Shown here: piece by piece, positions 1-12,747 of the stretch | Position numbering within the stretch: position 1 is the first letter of the stretch | How the letters are laid out: each line of letters starts with the position of its first letter | Assembly: GCF_000143415.4 (NCBI RefSeq) | Contig: NW_003314270.1 | Coordinates: 248,001-312,000, forward strand | Direction: 5' to 3' | Length of the DNA: 64,000 nucleotides | From: Selaginella moellendorffii | Lineage: Eukaryota > Plantae > Lycopodiophyta | The notes under the pieces: generated by a model | What the model was told of the DNA's origin: nothing | What the model saw: only the letters and a program-made list of their open reading frames with translations | Databases searched by the model: none | Translations under genes and position numbers: made by a program

Positions 1-1153
1 ACAAACTTGATTGCTTGAACAAGCTTTTTATCAGCTTCGGAACGTGCTATTCTTACTCGTGGATCAGACGGCACATTCTTCCTATACCTGGAAGGTAAGT
101 TCATGAGCAGAAGGAGCTCCAACTTCGATGAGTGAGGATAATGGAAACGAAGCTTTCTATGTCGGTAGCTTTCTTTGCCGCATGACAGTCTCTGGCCACC
201 CTTTCCAAAGACGGCATTCTCAGAGAACTTGTTTGAGAATTTGGTATAATCTGCCACAAATTAAGAACCATCTTAGAAACCAACTGCCAACCAAAAAATG
301 GCTTATACCTCGACAATGTTGCCAATAAACAAATCTCGAACATGAAAGGCATGAACAGCGGTAATATCTTTGATGCGTGAAGCGTCTTTGACAGAGGGAT
401 GTCGTACGCGAGCCATGAGCCGAACAGATGAGCTTAGCCTCAAGCTATGCAGCTGGTTCAATCCTCCATTACTACTAACATCCACATCCAGGACTTCAAG
501 GTTCGGAGCATTCAGTTTAACGCTTTTGTCATGACGTTCAACTCCAAGAAACTTGAGACTGGAACTGTGGAGCATGAATTCGTAGAGCAGAGAATCTTGG
601 CCAGTAGAGCACAAGCATCTCTAGAGCAGGGCATGAACTCACACACTAGGACAACTTCTTGGATTTTCCGTAGCCAGCTGATTTCACCTTCAAGCAGCAG
701 CGAACGAATCCGGGAAGCTTGACTTCTCGAGGATACGTACCTATTCACAGGAAATCGAGAAAGAGTGTAACTTCGGGCACGCTGCAGCCACCTTACAGCT
801 GAAAGACCATGGTATGCCGCCGTCGGAAATATAAAAGTCTAAAATCTCAAGTCACTGTGATGCACGAGAGTGTAAATTGTTCAAAAGCTATGAAGGAAAG
901 GAACAGACACAAAACGAAACCTGCTTGAAAGAAGCTTAGAAATACTGACAGGCGGTGTGTTGATGCGGAGACGGCGAAGGCCAGGCCTTTCACGCAGGGT
1001 GCTGCACAAAGCAGCCTCGATCACCTCGGGAACGTCGGGAAACTTGCGCAAAAAGTTGAGCTCCAGTCTAGGCATGTAGCTGCTCCACTGCTTGCACACT
1101 TGACCTAGCTCCAATGCTCGATCCTGACTCCCGAACAGCAGTTCATGCGGCAA
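1..1153 (-). pseudogene. Degenerate F-box/LRR(FBD)-like gene, copy 1 (runs off window start)
   Basis: ORF 881-1153 begins like an F-box (LPHELL...ALELGQVCKQW). ORF 303-614 has LRR-like text (SSSLKFLGV, LNAPNLEVLDV). Broken across frames, with homologous copies at ~12265 and ~21060. Confidence 0.55.
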
Positions 1154-1696
1154 CGAACCTCTGGGTTAGTTAATGAACAAATCCAAAGAATCAGCTGAAA
1201 AGCGCGTCAGGGTAAAAGGTAACTCCAAAGGGGTAAAAGAACTCCTAGGGTTTTTGTGGCTCTCTTGCACGCAAAGATGTGGCACGGCCAAGTGTGGAGA
1301 GTCACACGGCCGGCACCAGCAACCATCACCGTACTTGTGGTGGTACCGAAGAGCTTGACTGAATCAAAGGTGGTCTGAAAGTTGTGGTAACGTGCGAGAT
1401 TTTATGGTGGTGGTCGGAGGAGTCGCTGTAAGAAGATGAGTAGGAGCATGTTCTTGAAAGGCATCGATCTGTGGTGGTGGTGATCTCCGTTGAAGATCGA
1501 GAAGCTCTTTCTTGAAGACTATATAGTTGCTGGAACTATATGTGGCTATGTTGTGTCAGTAACTGGATCTCCACCTCTTACGCCATCATGGATCTACCCT
1601 CACTTATGCTGACAATTGCCTTGGCTGCCCCTATCCAGCTCCTTTTCCACCAAGAACAAGGCTAGCTCTGTCTCAATGAAATTAATTTGATGGCTC

Positions 1697-2120
1697 ATGG
1701 GTTGCAATGGGAAGTGGGAATGAGGTGATGACAAGGTATCTATCATCAAAAGTACTATTAAAGCTTTTTCTTGAATGTGCTTCATTTGGATAGGGACCAG
1801 AGCAGCTGATCAAGCATAGTAAAACGTGGACGAAAGCAGATTATATGGCCTTGATACGCCTCAAGCACCATGAATACTTGTTGCGCTGGGAAGAAAGGAG
1901 AAGGTTGTTATTCTATGTTCAATGGCAGCAGATTGTAAACAAGATGGAAGATGTAACCATTAGCAAATGCAACCATGCATGGCAAAATCTGGTTGTCATG
2001 TCCAGGGATCTAGGTGGCACCCTGCAGACTATTTCCCACTCTCTGAAGAGGTGAATGGTCACAAGTGATCCTTGTGCATTGCATATGGACCAAGAGATTT
2101 TTGAGGCAATGACTTGTTTT
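1697..2120 (+). pseudogene. Trihelix/Myb-SANT-like gene, degenerate paralog of 8568-9026
   Basis: Same exon/intron layout (GATGACAAG|gt...ag|GGA) and peptide WTKADYMALIRLK...W...LVVM; frameshifted and contains stops. Confidence 0.65.
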
Positions 2121-2229
2121 CAAGCTTTGCTATTTAGTACACATAATTATTAAAGATGTCTCTTGAAAAATCTATTTTATTGAAATAATGAGGAATTGAA
2201 CATATAAAATATTTATTTCAATATATAAT

Positions 2230-5200
2230 TCCAAGTATACGGCTACAATGCCATATACTAATATTAGCATAGTGGGATTTTGGTAGCTATCACATTGGTT
2301 TCAATCTGGACCACATGCTCCTGTATATAAACTAAGGTTTTTGGGTTAATTGATATACACATTTTCTGTATTCCCTTTTCATATTCCATATACTCACATT
2401 AGTGGAGATAAGGGGCACTTTTGATTGTCTTTGAGGAGTGTTTAGATTTAGAATTTTAGCTTAGATCTAACTTTTGCATCATCTAAATTTAGTTTTTTCC
2501 ATTTCCTTTCTTTTGTTCTTTCCTTTTAGGATTTGGTTTAGATCTAACTTTTGCATTGTTTAAATCTCCTTTTTCTTCTAGATTTTTTTCTTTTTTCTTA
2601 TTCTTCTCTTTCCTTTTCATTCATTTTCATGGTAGAGCAATAATCTCCTCATTTGACTTTAGTGCAACAATTGATACAATTGTTTAGTGCTATGTGATTG
2701 CAATTGAATAACCAAACTCAGTTGATGGCTAGCATATGGTATAGCTCCTCCTACTCTTGCTGCCCATCCTCACATTCAGCCGGAGTTCTTTCGTGGGAAT
2801 CATGGGGATGATATGAACCATTGGTTTGATCACTTCATGGTGATTGCCACATATCATTCTTGGGATGATGCTTGATATTTGCGTAAGTTTTCCACATGTT
2901 TTCAAAGGATGGCACTACAGTGGTATAATAGTTTAAGTGCAACCACTCGTAGGGATTGGAGTGTTTTTCCAGACATTTTCAAACACGCATTTGGACATGC
3001 CAAGCCTTAGCTACCACGAGACTCTCATGTCATGCTCACCCTTGAGCACAAGTAGTGAGCTAAATGAGGCAAAGAGGGCCAAGGCCGGTGTTGAAGCCGG
3101 CCTTGTGAGGCTATTGGTGGGATACATTGGGATGTTGGAGTAGTGGTGGAAGTAGGTGCATGATGTGATGTTACCTTCCAACAATTGCATCATCTTCGTC
3201 AAGAGCTATCTAAGTCAGTGATGTAATTTGGTGTTCGTTTTCAAAGCATCTTGTTTCGTATAAAGCCAAATATATCAGAGTGGATCAAGCTAGGAATGTT
3301 ATGGCTAGCACTTTGTTAAGATCTTGTCGGACTTGTATATGCACTTGCTCTAGCCACCCTTGATGATGCTCTTCGCTTGGTACAATGTTATAAAATGTCA
3401 CCTCTTCCACTTTTCGCTATGCATTCTCCAACTCCACTTCCTGTGGGTGATGGTCCTATTCCAATGGAGGTTGATGCTACTATTGCTCAAGTCTAAGGAC
3501 AAGGGTGAGGACGTGGTCATGGTTGTGATGTTCACTGTTGGACATGTGATGAAGTTGGTCACATTTATCGGCATTGTTAGTGTTTTCCAGATTGGTAGGC
3601 TCCATTTCTTGGGTAGAGACTTTGGTGTCAACAACATACTGTTAGTGCTGATGTAGTGGAAGGTTTAGACACTGAGATGCATCTAGGAAACAAGGAGTCG
3701 CATAAGTAACGAAGGGATCTTGCGCAAATAAGTCAGTGACCCCTTCATCTTTCTTTTAGGAGTATCATCAAGGGGTTCACTTAGCACCAATTCATCAAGT
3801 GTTTACTTTCCAAGCTCATTTTTATAACAAGAATTCTTTTATTATTCTCTTTATATTGGTTGATACAGGTTTAAGTTTATCTTCTATCGCTCGATCTATT
3901 GCCACACGTTGCCGTCAACACTTATGTTGTGTGGTAAAGTTAGTTTTTATTCTTTATGGCAACGGCCATACACATATATATGCATGGGATGAGGCGAACT
4001 TAGTTGTGTGTGTGGGCAATCTCGAGCTTGGGTTGTAGTTATTGTGGGGGGTGCCGAATTAAGCTTTTGACCTCATCCTTGGTATGGATTTTTTGTAGCA
4101 TAATCATGCCAAGTGTGACTTTGAGGTTTCTCCCCTTTGTCTCATACTTCCTTATATTTCATCCATTCCTCTCACTTCCATACCTCTTCGTCTCTTTACT
4201 TTTACCTTTTCTTCCATTACTTTTATCTCCCCATACTTTTTCCTATGTTTCCGTCTTATTTCACTCTTTCCTTTTCCAATCCCTTTGACAGTCTTTGTGT
4301 TGTAGCGGTTGACCAGCTCATGAAGAAGTATGTCAATATCTTTGAATTTGACTTATCATCTGGGGCTAAGATTTCCACATGTCATCCGATTCCAACTAGG
4401 GATGCTTGTTTAATCAAAGTTCCTGTTAGAAATCAATATTTTACATGCAAATGTCAAAATGATGTTATAAAAGGGTGTTATTCAAAAGTTGTGGAGTCCT
4501 TAGACATATGAACCTCATCTTGTGACAAAACCTTATGGGAGTATTCATTTATGCATTGATTATCGTCCGTTAAACAAAGTGATGATCCCGGATGTGTACC
4601 CTCTTCCTCACACTGTTGATCTCTTGGATAGTTTAGGAAAAAGTCGTTGATTTACCAAACTCGATCTTGCTTCTAGGTACTGGCAAGTACTGATGGCCAA
4701 AGAAGATATTCCTAAAACTGTTTTTCGTATACCAATTTTGGTGATGCCGTTTAGTTTGAACAATGCTCCAACAACTTTCTAATAGATGATGGATGAGGTT
4801 CTTTGTGATATGCCAGAGGTGACTACTAACTTCATTAATAATGTCTTGATCCACTCAGAGGGGACATGAGAGGAATACGTCTATGATGTTTGTAAAGTGT
4901 TGGATCGACTATAAAATGTCGGTTTAAAGCTGAAGCCATCTAAGTGCATGTTTGGGTCCAAGGACACAATTTATCTTAGATACCATATTTCTCGTAAGGG
5001 TTTACAAATTGATTTTGACAAATTTGTGGTTGTTCTAAAGTTCCCTATTTCAAAGTGTGTGAATGAATTTGCAACACTTCTTGGGCAAGGTGCAGTATCT
5101 CAGTTGTTTTGTGGATCATTTTTCAGATCATACTGCACCATTGTAAGTGTTGCTGAAGTCATTAATATCATCTTTCATTTGGTCTCCGAATTGTGAGCAG

Positions 5201-6925
5201 GCATTCGTGAATCTCAAAGAGGTATTGACGACTCCTCCGGTTTTGGCATATCTTGACTACACTCAACCTTTCATTTTGCATGTGGATACTTCTAATATTG
5301 GTCTGTTGATGCAAGAGGTGTGTTGATGCAAGAGAGGCCAAGTGTGTCTGGTTAGTGCCATCCTATTGCGTATATAAGTCATACATTACTACCAGTGGAG
5401 GTGAATTACTCCACGATTGAGAAGGAGTGTTTACCAATAGTTTGGGGTTTTGAGAAACTTCATGCATATCTATATAGTTTTTGGATGTTACTTGAAGGTG
5501 ATCATGCTGCCGTTACTTCATTATTGAAGCAAAAGAACCTGGTTGGTCGTACTACTCAATGGGTTTTGAGACTTCAGATATATGATTTTGATGTTGTTCA
5601 TCACCTAGGGAGTTCTATAGTTGATGTTGATGCCCTTTCTTGAGCTCGTCTTCCTTCTTCACTCTCTTCTCATGTTTCTAACGAACCTATTATTCCAACA
5701 TCTGTGGATTTTCTAGACGAGGATTCTATACTATTGGCGGTTGTTGTACTTGATGTTTAATGCCCACAAGATGTAGAGCAAGATCTACCTTCTTTTGATG
5801 AGATTCACGAGGCTCAAAAGATTGAGCTGTGGATTTGAAGGCTTTGAGATGGGTTTGAGAATCTTGCATTATTTGCTGATGATTTGCCATTCCAGCATTT
5901 ACATTCTCAATATTGCCTTGAAAACGGCTTTCTTTATTTTGTGATGACGGATCTTGATGATCCTTTATGGTTGGTGGTGCCTTCTGTCTTTATTCCACGG
6001 TTTTTCCATGCTTACCATGATTCTTTTGTTCTAGGTGGGCATATAGTGATCAAGAAGCTGCGCAGGTCTTTCTATTTGCCAAATGCAATATGATATTATC
6101 TGGTATATGCATAGCTGTGTTTGGTGCCAAATTTGTAATACTCCCTCTCGTGTTGTGGAAGGATGGTTAGAGTCAATTGTAGTTTCCTAATTGTTTGAGT
6201 TAGTGACGTTTGATCTTATGGGACCTTTTCCATGATTGACTGCTAGCAATGAATATGTTATTATTGTTTCTGACTATTTGACTTGTTAGGTTGAAGTTGG
6301 TGCTTTTGCTAATGCCTTTGCAATTGTTGTTGAATATTTCCTCCTCAATCAAGTGGTGTTCCAACATTTTTGTCTAGAGCGGATTCTTTTGGATAATAGT
6401 CCCGCATTTATGGCTAAGGCATTTCATGTTTTGACATCTCGATTGGGGATATGCCACACTTTCATGAGTGTTTATCATCCACAATCAGATAGTTTGGTGG
6501 AACGGTTCATTTAGACATTCAAAGGAATGATCAATGATCACGAAGTACATGAATTTTCAGCATTCAGACTGGGATGGTTATTTGCCATTTCTTCGATATG
6601 CATATGTCATAGGGGTGTAGAGTTTTGTTAGTGTTTCACCATATAAACTCTTATATAGTCATGATCTAATATTACCAATAGAGTTGAGTTTACTTTTGCA
6701 ATTGCCATGAATTGCCGATATTAAGTTGTGAAATTAGTATTTGATGAGCATTTTTCCATTTTTCGAGCAAAATTTACCATAGAACTCCCATTATCATCCA
6801 TCTGCAAAATATAAAGTGGATAACTTAGTGTTAATCTATTTTTCCCTATCTTACGGTACATAATTTAATTAATGAGTTCTTTGCTCAATGGAAAGGACCA
6901 TATAAAGTGTTGCAGCTATTCACCC
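2230..6925 (+). mobile_element. Family A: old degenerate Ty3/gypsy LTR retrotransposon, copy 1
   Basis: Short LTR ending CACA at 2398, PBS-like TAGTGGAGATAAGGGG at 2400. Gag remnant (PEFFRG..HWFDHF), RT remnant (IDYRPLN..PDVYPLP), RNase H (NYSTIEKECLPIVWG) and integrase (YHPQSD.LVERF) in RT-RH-INT order; many stops. Confidence 0.85.
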
Positions 6926-6929
6926 AATT

Positions 6930-7090
6930 GCTGCTCTTCAAGAGAGTGGAAAATAATCTAAAGTGTGCTGACTAAAATAAGACTTTAGATCCCTGTACAT
7001 GACAACCAGACATTCCATCTTGTCTTTGCTATTGAACATAGAACAACAAGCTTCTCCTTTCTTCTTGGCGCCGCTTTCCATCGCAACATG
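6930..7090 (-). pseudogene. Trihelix-like fragment, inverted copy
   Basis: Peptide LVVMYRDLKSYFSQHTLDYFPLS matches LVIMYRSLKCHFSRHPEQYFPLS of 8568-9026. Confidence 0.6.
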
Positions 7091-7179
7091 ATAACTTATA
7101 GTAAAACATGCCACGTGGCACACTTTAGCCCTTGTAATGAAAAGAAATTAAAAGAATTTCATTTAGGGCATAAGCGAGC

Positions 7180-8335
7180 ATGGCGATCGGCTCTGCCTTC
7201 GATCGGCTCCGGGAGCAGGAATTGCTTGTGGACGTCCTCCTGCGACTCGATTTCCGCAGCGTCGCCCGGATGCGAGTGGTCTGCTGCTCCTGGTACCGCA
7301 TTCTTTCCTCTCGCTCGTTTCTGGATCGCCACGGGAAGCAGCAGCATCATGGCATTCCCTGGGTGGTACGGACGATTCTCTCCCGTGGCGCCCAATCCGC
7401 AGTCCTCTGGCGCCCTTTCTCCGGCCGACCACTCGAGCCCACATCTCTGCCTCTCGGTCCGCCTGGAGTTCCCTCTACAATGTTTGCGAGCCATGTCACG
7501 GCAAATGGGCTCGTCTGTGGCACGCTTGCTGGGTGGCCGGAGACGAAATGGCCTCGCTCACGGTCTCTGGCTGTGGGCAATCCGCTCACAAACTCTTGGA
7601 AGGTGCTCCAGTGTCCCGAGAAGGTTTTCTTGATCGAGGCGATGGATGTGGATCTTGAGACAGGGATCTACCGGATTGCAGTGCTTAACATCATTGATGA
7701 AGAGGACGTGGCCTACATTCTCCAGTACAATTCTGGCTCCGGAAGCTGGGCGCTGGGGGGATCCACGACTGCTGGAGACCTGTATAATCCGGGTTACAAC
7801 CAAAACGAGGCAAAGGAGGATGGCAATCCTAGACAGTATGTCATGGAAGCGGGAAGTGGTGAGTGAAGATCCCTTCGGCTACTGGGACGGGAGTATTTTG
7901 GAGGCAGGTGAGGAGGGCTTGAACTGGCCTGTTCGATGTTTTCTTCACAGAGGAAGAAGGATTTTGCTTGTTCACAGGGAAGGTGACAAAGATGGGATAC
8001 GGAGAGCTGCTCTAAGCGTGCTAGAAAAGGATGAAGAGCTTGGTAAATGGCTCACACTCAGCCATACTTTCATCCGGGAAATACTTGGTGGTGAGTGGCC
8101 ACTTGATGACATTGACATTCATGGTGAACAGTGGATGGCCCATCTAGCAGGCGATGTGATCGTTGTCTCCAGCCGCATGTATCCTTTGTTAGCGTTTCAT
8201 TTGGTGGAGAAGAAGTGGGAGTATTGTGGCCACTCGGACGAGGAACTGGTCTTCTTTGCTAGTCTCAACTATGGGAGATCTGAATTTCCAGACATTCGGG
8301 CCTACACCTTCGCACCCAGCTTCGCAAGGCCATGA
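7180..8335 (+). CDS. F-box protein with one apparent +1 frameshift (G6 run at ~7755-7760)
   Basis: F-box motif ELLVDVLLRLDFRSVARMRVVCCSW and the ANGLVC / VGNPLTNSWKVL motif typical of F-box-associated proteins. Deleting one G joins ORFs 7180 and 7646 (WALGDPRLLE). Could be a pseudogene or a sequencing error. Confidence 0.8.
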
Positions 8336-8567
8336 ATCAAAGAAAATATGGCTTTTATGTATAAGTATAAACTTTTGTGTTTCTTATTCATAATAGGCGG
8401 ATGCCAAAAATACCGGGGTTTATAAAAATCTCGCTGACCACGTGGCATTTGACACTTTTTAGGGTTTTGTGGGGGGTTGGACAGCTGGCTTTAGGGTTTG
8501 CGGATCATGGCTGTCACTGGGGCTAGCTTTTAGGTTTTGTGGGCTAGCTTTTAGGTCTTGTTCATTG

Positions 8568-9026
8568 ATGGGGTGCGATGGAAATGGAACGCGTGCACGA
8601 GGCGATGATGACAAGGTATTTCTTTAATTAAATATTTGTAATATGCACTTGAATGTATTCTGATAGGGAACAGAGGAGCCGATCAAGCGTCGTGGAGGAT
8701 GGAGCAAACAAGAGCATATGGCCTTGATACGTAAGCGCCAGGAACACCTGCGGAGGCCAGAAGAAAGAAGGAATTTGTCTCGTGAAGCTGTATGGGAGGA
8801 GATTGCGGAGAAAATCCAAAGCAGAACCAGTAGCCAATGCTCCCGTGAATGGAGGATTCTTGTTATAATGTACAGGAGTCTGAAGTGTCACTTCAGTAGG
8901 CATCCTGAACAGTATTTCCCACTTTCTAGAGAATACTATTATGGCTGTGGGATCCACAAACATATGGACCAAGATGTTTTTGAGGCAATGGATGCTTTTC
9001 TTCAATACAAGGTTAGGTGGAAGTAA
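8568..9026 (+). CDS. Small trihelix (GT-1-like Myb/SANT) DNA-binding protein; exons 8568-8615 and 8667-9026
   Basis: A 51-nt GT-AG intron keeps frame. WSKQEHMALI...WEEIAEKI..RTSSQC..W..L...Y is the trihelix signature. Confidence 0.75.
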
Positions 9027-9771
9027 ACCGTTTAACATGAATAAGAAAACCTCCATTCTTAGTAGAAAAAGGATGTTAACAAACCAATAGAACAAAGAAA
9101 TTGCAGATATTTTCTAAATATTAAATACCTTCCAGGAAAACTTTAAGAAAGTTATTGATGTCAAGAGGAACTTACAAAACTTGTTCTCTTTTCTACCTTT
9201 ATTCTCTAGAAGTTTACATTTGCCTATGCTCAGGTTGTCAAAGTTAGCAAAGCTGTTGGCAGTTTCAATGCATTTTCCTTGCAAATGAATTTGTTGTTAT
9301 ATGTGGCCAATCATGTGGACTGCCACGTGTGACACTTCAATATAGTCTCATGTGATAATGCCCCACAAAAAGCTTAGTTGTGAGCTTTGAGAATTCAGTT
9401 GAGGAAGGAAAATTGCAAAATTATGAATATGTTATTATTATTTTTTCTTTAATTTCTTACTTACACATCATCTCACACTTCAATGGAACATCAATGGATT
9501 CTCTTTTGTCTGTGCACATACATTAACATCATTACTTTTTCAATTGATAAATTTCTATTTTATCTTGATTCATTTGCGTGTGTTTTGGTTAGTTGAGATG
9601 TTTGTTTACTAATTCATTGTGAAAGCCTTAATTTACAATGTGATAAGCATCTCTCTCTCTCTCTCTCTACACAACCTGTATTTATAATAATATATAATAT
9701 TTAAAATAAATAAACAAATCAAAGGTGTTTTAAATTTGTTAGAATTTTATTTTGTTAAAAATATTTTATAT

Positions 9772-9943
9772 TGTGGGTACATGGAATATGGAAAGGGAAT
9801 ATAGAAAATGTGCATATCAATTCACCTATAACCTAGTTTATATACAAGAGCAAGTAATTCGAATTGAAACTAATCCACGACTACCAAAATCCCACTATAT
9901 TAATATTAATATATAACATCGTAACGTACACTTGAACCTCACA
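9772..9943 (-). mobile_element. Family A solo LTR (~172 bp)
   Basis: TG...CA ends; reverse complement of 2230-2398; starts TGTGAGGTTCAAGT as at 30718. No clear TSD. Confidence 0.75.
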
Positions 9944-9966
9944 TCATCCCCTCCTCATTAGCAGAT

Positions 9967-11141
9967 TGTAAGCTCTTGAGTTTGGACTTCCCGGGAGGTC
10001 ACCCAGCCCAGTATTATTCACACCCAAGACGCTTAACCCAAAATATCCCAAGACCCTTAAGCTCTTGAGTTTGGACTTCCCGGGAAGTCACCCAGCCCAG
10101 TATTATTCATACCCAAGACGCTTAACCCCAAATATCCCAAGACCCTTAAACTCTTGAGTTTGGACTTTCCGGGAGGTCACCCAACCCAATATTATTCACA
10201 CCCAATATGCTTAACCCCAAATATCCCAAGACCCTTAACCGTTTGGAAAAAAGGGTGCACTTTTGTTCATGGGCCCTTTCCCTCTATATTTGAACCCCTA
10301 TGGATCGTCTCTCAAGTCGTTCCCTTTGGTTGCTTACAATCCACCACACTTCCCTGCAAGTTCACGCCCTCGTGACGCCCTCGTGAACGGAAGCTGAGAG
10401 CCGCAGCTCTCATAAGAGCCCCGCTCTCTTGACACCCTACCCCTCGGGTCGAGCCCAGTGGGAGCAAACTGGATCAGCCAGATGTCAATCAACATATGGT
10501 GTGATTCCCTTAGCCAACCCCAAATATCCCAAGACCTTTAAGCTCTTGAGTTTGGACTTCCCGGGAGGTCACCCAACCCAGTATTATTCACACCCAAGAC
10601 GCTTAACCCCAAATATCCCAAGACCCTTAACCGTTTGGAAAAAGGGGTGCACTTTTGTTCATGGGCCCTTTCCCTCTATATTTGAACCCCTATGGATCGT
10701 CTCTCAAGTCGTTCCCTTTGGTTGCTTATAATCCACCACACTTCCCTGCAAGTTCACGCCCTCGTGACGCCCTCGTGAACGGAAGCTGAGAGCCGCAGCT
10801 CTCATAAGAGAGCCACTCTCTTGACACCCTACCCCTCGGGTCGAGCCCAGTGGGAGCAAACTGGATCAGCCAGATGTCAATCAACATATGGTGTGATTCC
10901 CTTAGCCAACCAACAGAGTCGGACCCGAGACTGCTCTGATACCAAATGTAAGCTCCTGAGTTTGGACTTCCCGGGAGGTCACCCAACCCAGTACTATTCA
11001 CACCCAAGGACGCTTAACCCCAAATATCCCAATACCCTTAACCGTTTGGAAAAGGGGGTGCACTCTTGTTCATGGGCCCTTTCCCTCTATATTTGAACCC
11101 CTATGGATCGTCTCTCAAGTCGTTCCCTTTAGTTGCTTACA
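9967..11141 (-). mobile_element. Cassandra-type TRIM (5S rRNA sequence in LTRs), tandem-array form
   Basis: TSD CAGAT on both sides; 195-bp LTR at 10947-11141; PBS TGGTATCAGAGC; PPT GGGAAGTGTGGTGGAT. The LTR contains GGTTAAGCGT..TTGGG..AGTACT.GG.TGGGTGACCTCCCGGGAAGTCC, the 5S internal control region. Three LTRs and two internal domains. Confidence 0.92.
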
Positions 11142-12264
11142 CAGATTTGTAAGTGGTATCAGTTATTTCTGATCCCTTTGTACAAAGCATTTCAATTGTT
11201 GCACATGCACAATTTCTGGAGGATCGGCAGGTTGAACGTTATGCCAAACCTCATAAACTTGCGGTCCAACTAGTCACAGGTGATCCTAGTGCATATGGAC
11301 TAAGAAATAAAATGGTTTCCTTGGTAAGGGCAAGCTTTCAAGGTTTGCTATTTGGATGAATCTATGAACATAAATAATATTTATTGAAATATATGTTATA
11401 AAATATTTTTTTAACAAAATATTTATTCTTAGTGAGAATAAGTCTAACAAATTTAAAACAGTATAACAACCTATTATATTTCGTAAAAGAGAGAGAAACA
11501 AAAATCAATGGCTATGGCTTTGCAAATTAAGACTTTCTTAGGGAATTTGTAAATAAACATTTTGACTAACCAAAACATATGCAAGTGAATCAATATATAA
11601 TAAAAAAACATCAATTAAAAGAGTGATGATGTTAATCTATGTGTATAGATAAAAGAGAATCCATTGGTATTCCACTCTAATTCTTGTAAAAGATTGCAGT
11701 GTGAGGTGACGTATAAATAAAAAATTAAACAAAAAAGAAAACAATGTAATAACACATTTATAATTTTGCAATTTTTCTTTCTCAAATAAATTCTTAAGAG
11801 GTCACAATTAAGCTTTTGTGGGACAGCATCCAAGTGACTCATAAAGATCTTTAGAAAGATTATGATGCTGTTACTGTTGAATATTGTTGGAAAAAAAATA
11901 AGAATTTCAAATATATAAAAAAGAAAATTAAATTTGCAATAACTCTTAGTAGTGTTATTACTTATTAATTTATTAATCTAATTGATCAATAAAATTTATA
12001 ATTTATAAAAACAATCTTAAAATAAACTAGAATATACTAGGAAGTGTTTAGGAAAATTTTTAAATTATAAATATAAGATTAATCTAAACAAATAACAACC
12101 ATTAGATGGTATAAATCCCAAAATATCTAAGAATATTTTAAATATTTTGCATTCCTGCACTCACAAGCAAGCTTCTCAATCTCCACAGCTGTTGCCGGAA
12201 GTGTCAGGCATTACATGAACAGGCTTGGTACCTGTTGAAAACAACATCGTTTTAAGTTGAGAAA

Positions 12265-12747
12265 GCTGGAAACAAAGCTTTCTATGTCGGTAGCTTGCTT
12301 TGCAGCATCTGACCACCCTTTCCAAAGACGGCATTCTCAGTTCAAATTTTCGGTTGGCCGAAACTCAAACCACGAATCAAAAGAGCAGGGCACGAACTCA
12401 CAAACTTGGAAAACTTCTTGGATTTTCCATAGCCAATTGACTTCACCTTCAAGCAGCAGCGAACCAATCCGTCCAACTCAACTCCTCTAGGATAGTGAAA
12501 TCTAGAAAGAGTGTAAGTTCGGGCAGGTTGCAGCCTGCTGCCGTTGGATACAAAACGAAACCTGCTTTAAAGCCTCAAAGAGCCTAGAAATGTTGACAGG
12601 CGGCGTGTGGATGCGGACCAGGCCTTTCACGCAGGGTGCTGCACAAAGCAGCCTCGATCACCTCGGGATCATCAGGAAACTCGCGCAAAAAGTTGAGCTC
12701 CAGTAGCTCCTCCACTGCTTGCACACTTGACCTAGCTCCAATGCTCG
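12265..12747 (-). pseudogene. F-box/LRR-like pseudogene copy 2 (multiply deleted)
   Basis: Collinear matches to ~140-220, 624-790 and 910-1120. Confidence 0.7.

Larger units (their letters stand above)
9360..11825. repeat. Diverged ~400-bp AT-rich inverted repeat arms (9360-9770 and ~11400-11825)
   Basis: CCCACAAAA.GCTTA.TTGTGA, AAATTGCAAAATTAT, CAATGGATTCTCTTTT and TTTTAAATTTGTTAGA all recur reverse-complemented in mirrored order. Confidence 0.7.

Noticed and set aside
9967-10240. CRISPR-like or true 5S rDNA array
   Set aside because: No unique spacers; only part of 5S is present and it sits inside TRIM LTRs with PBS, PPT and TSD.
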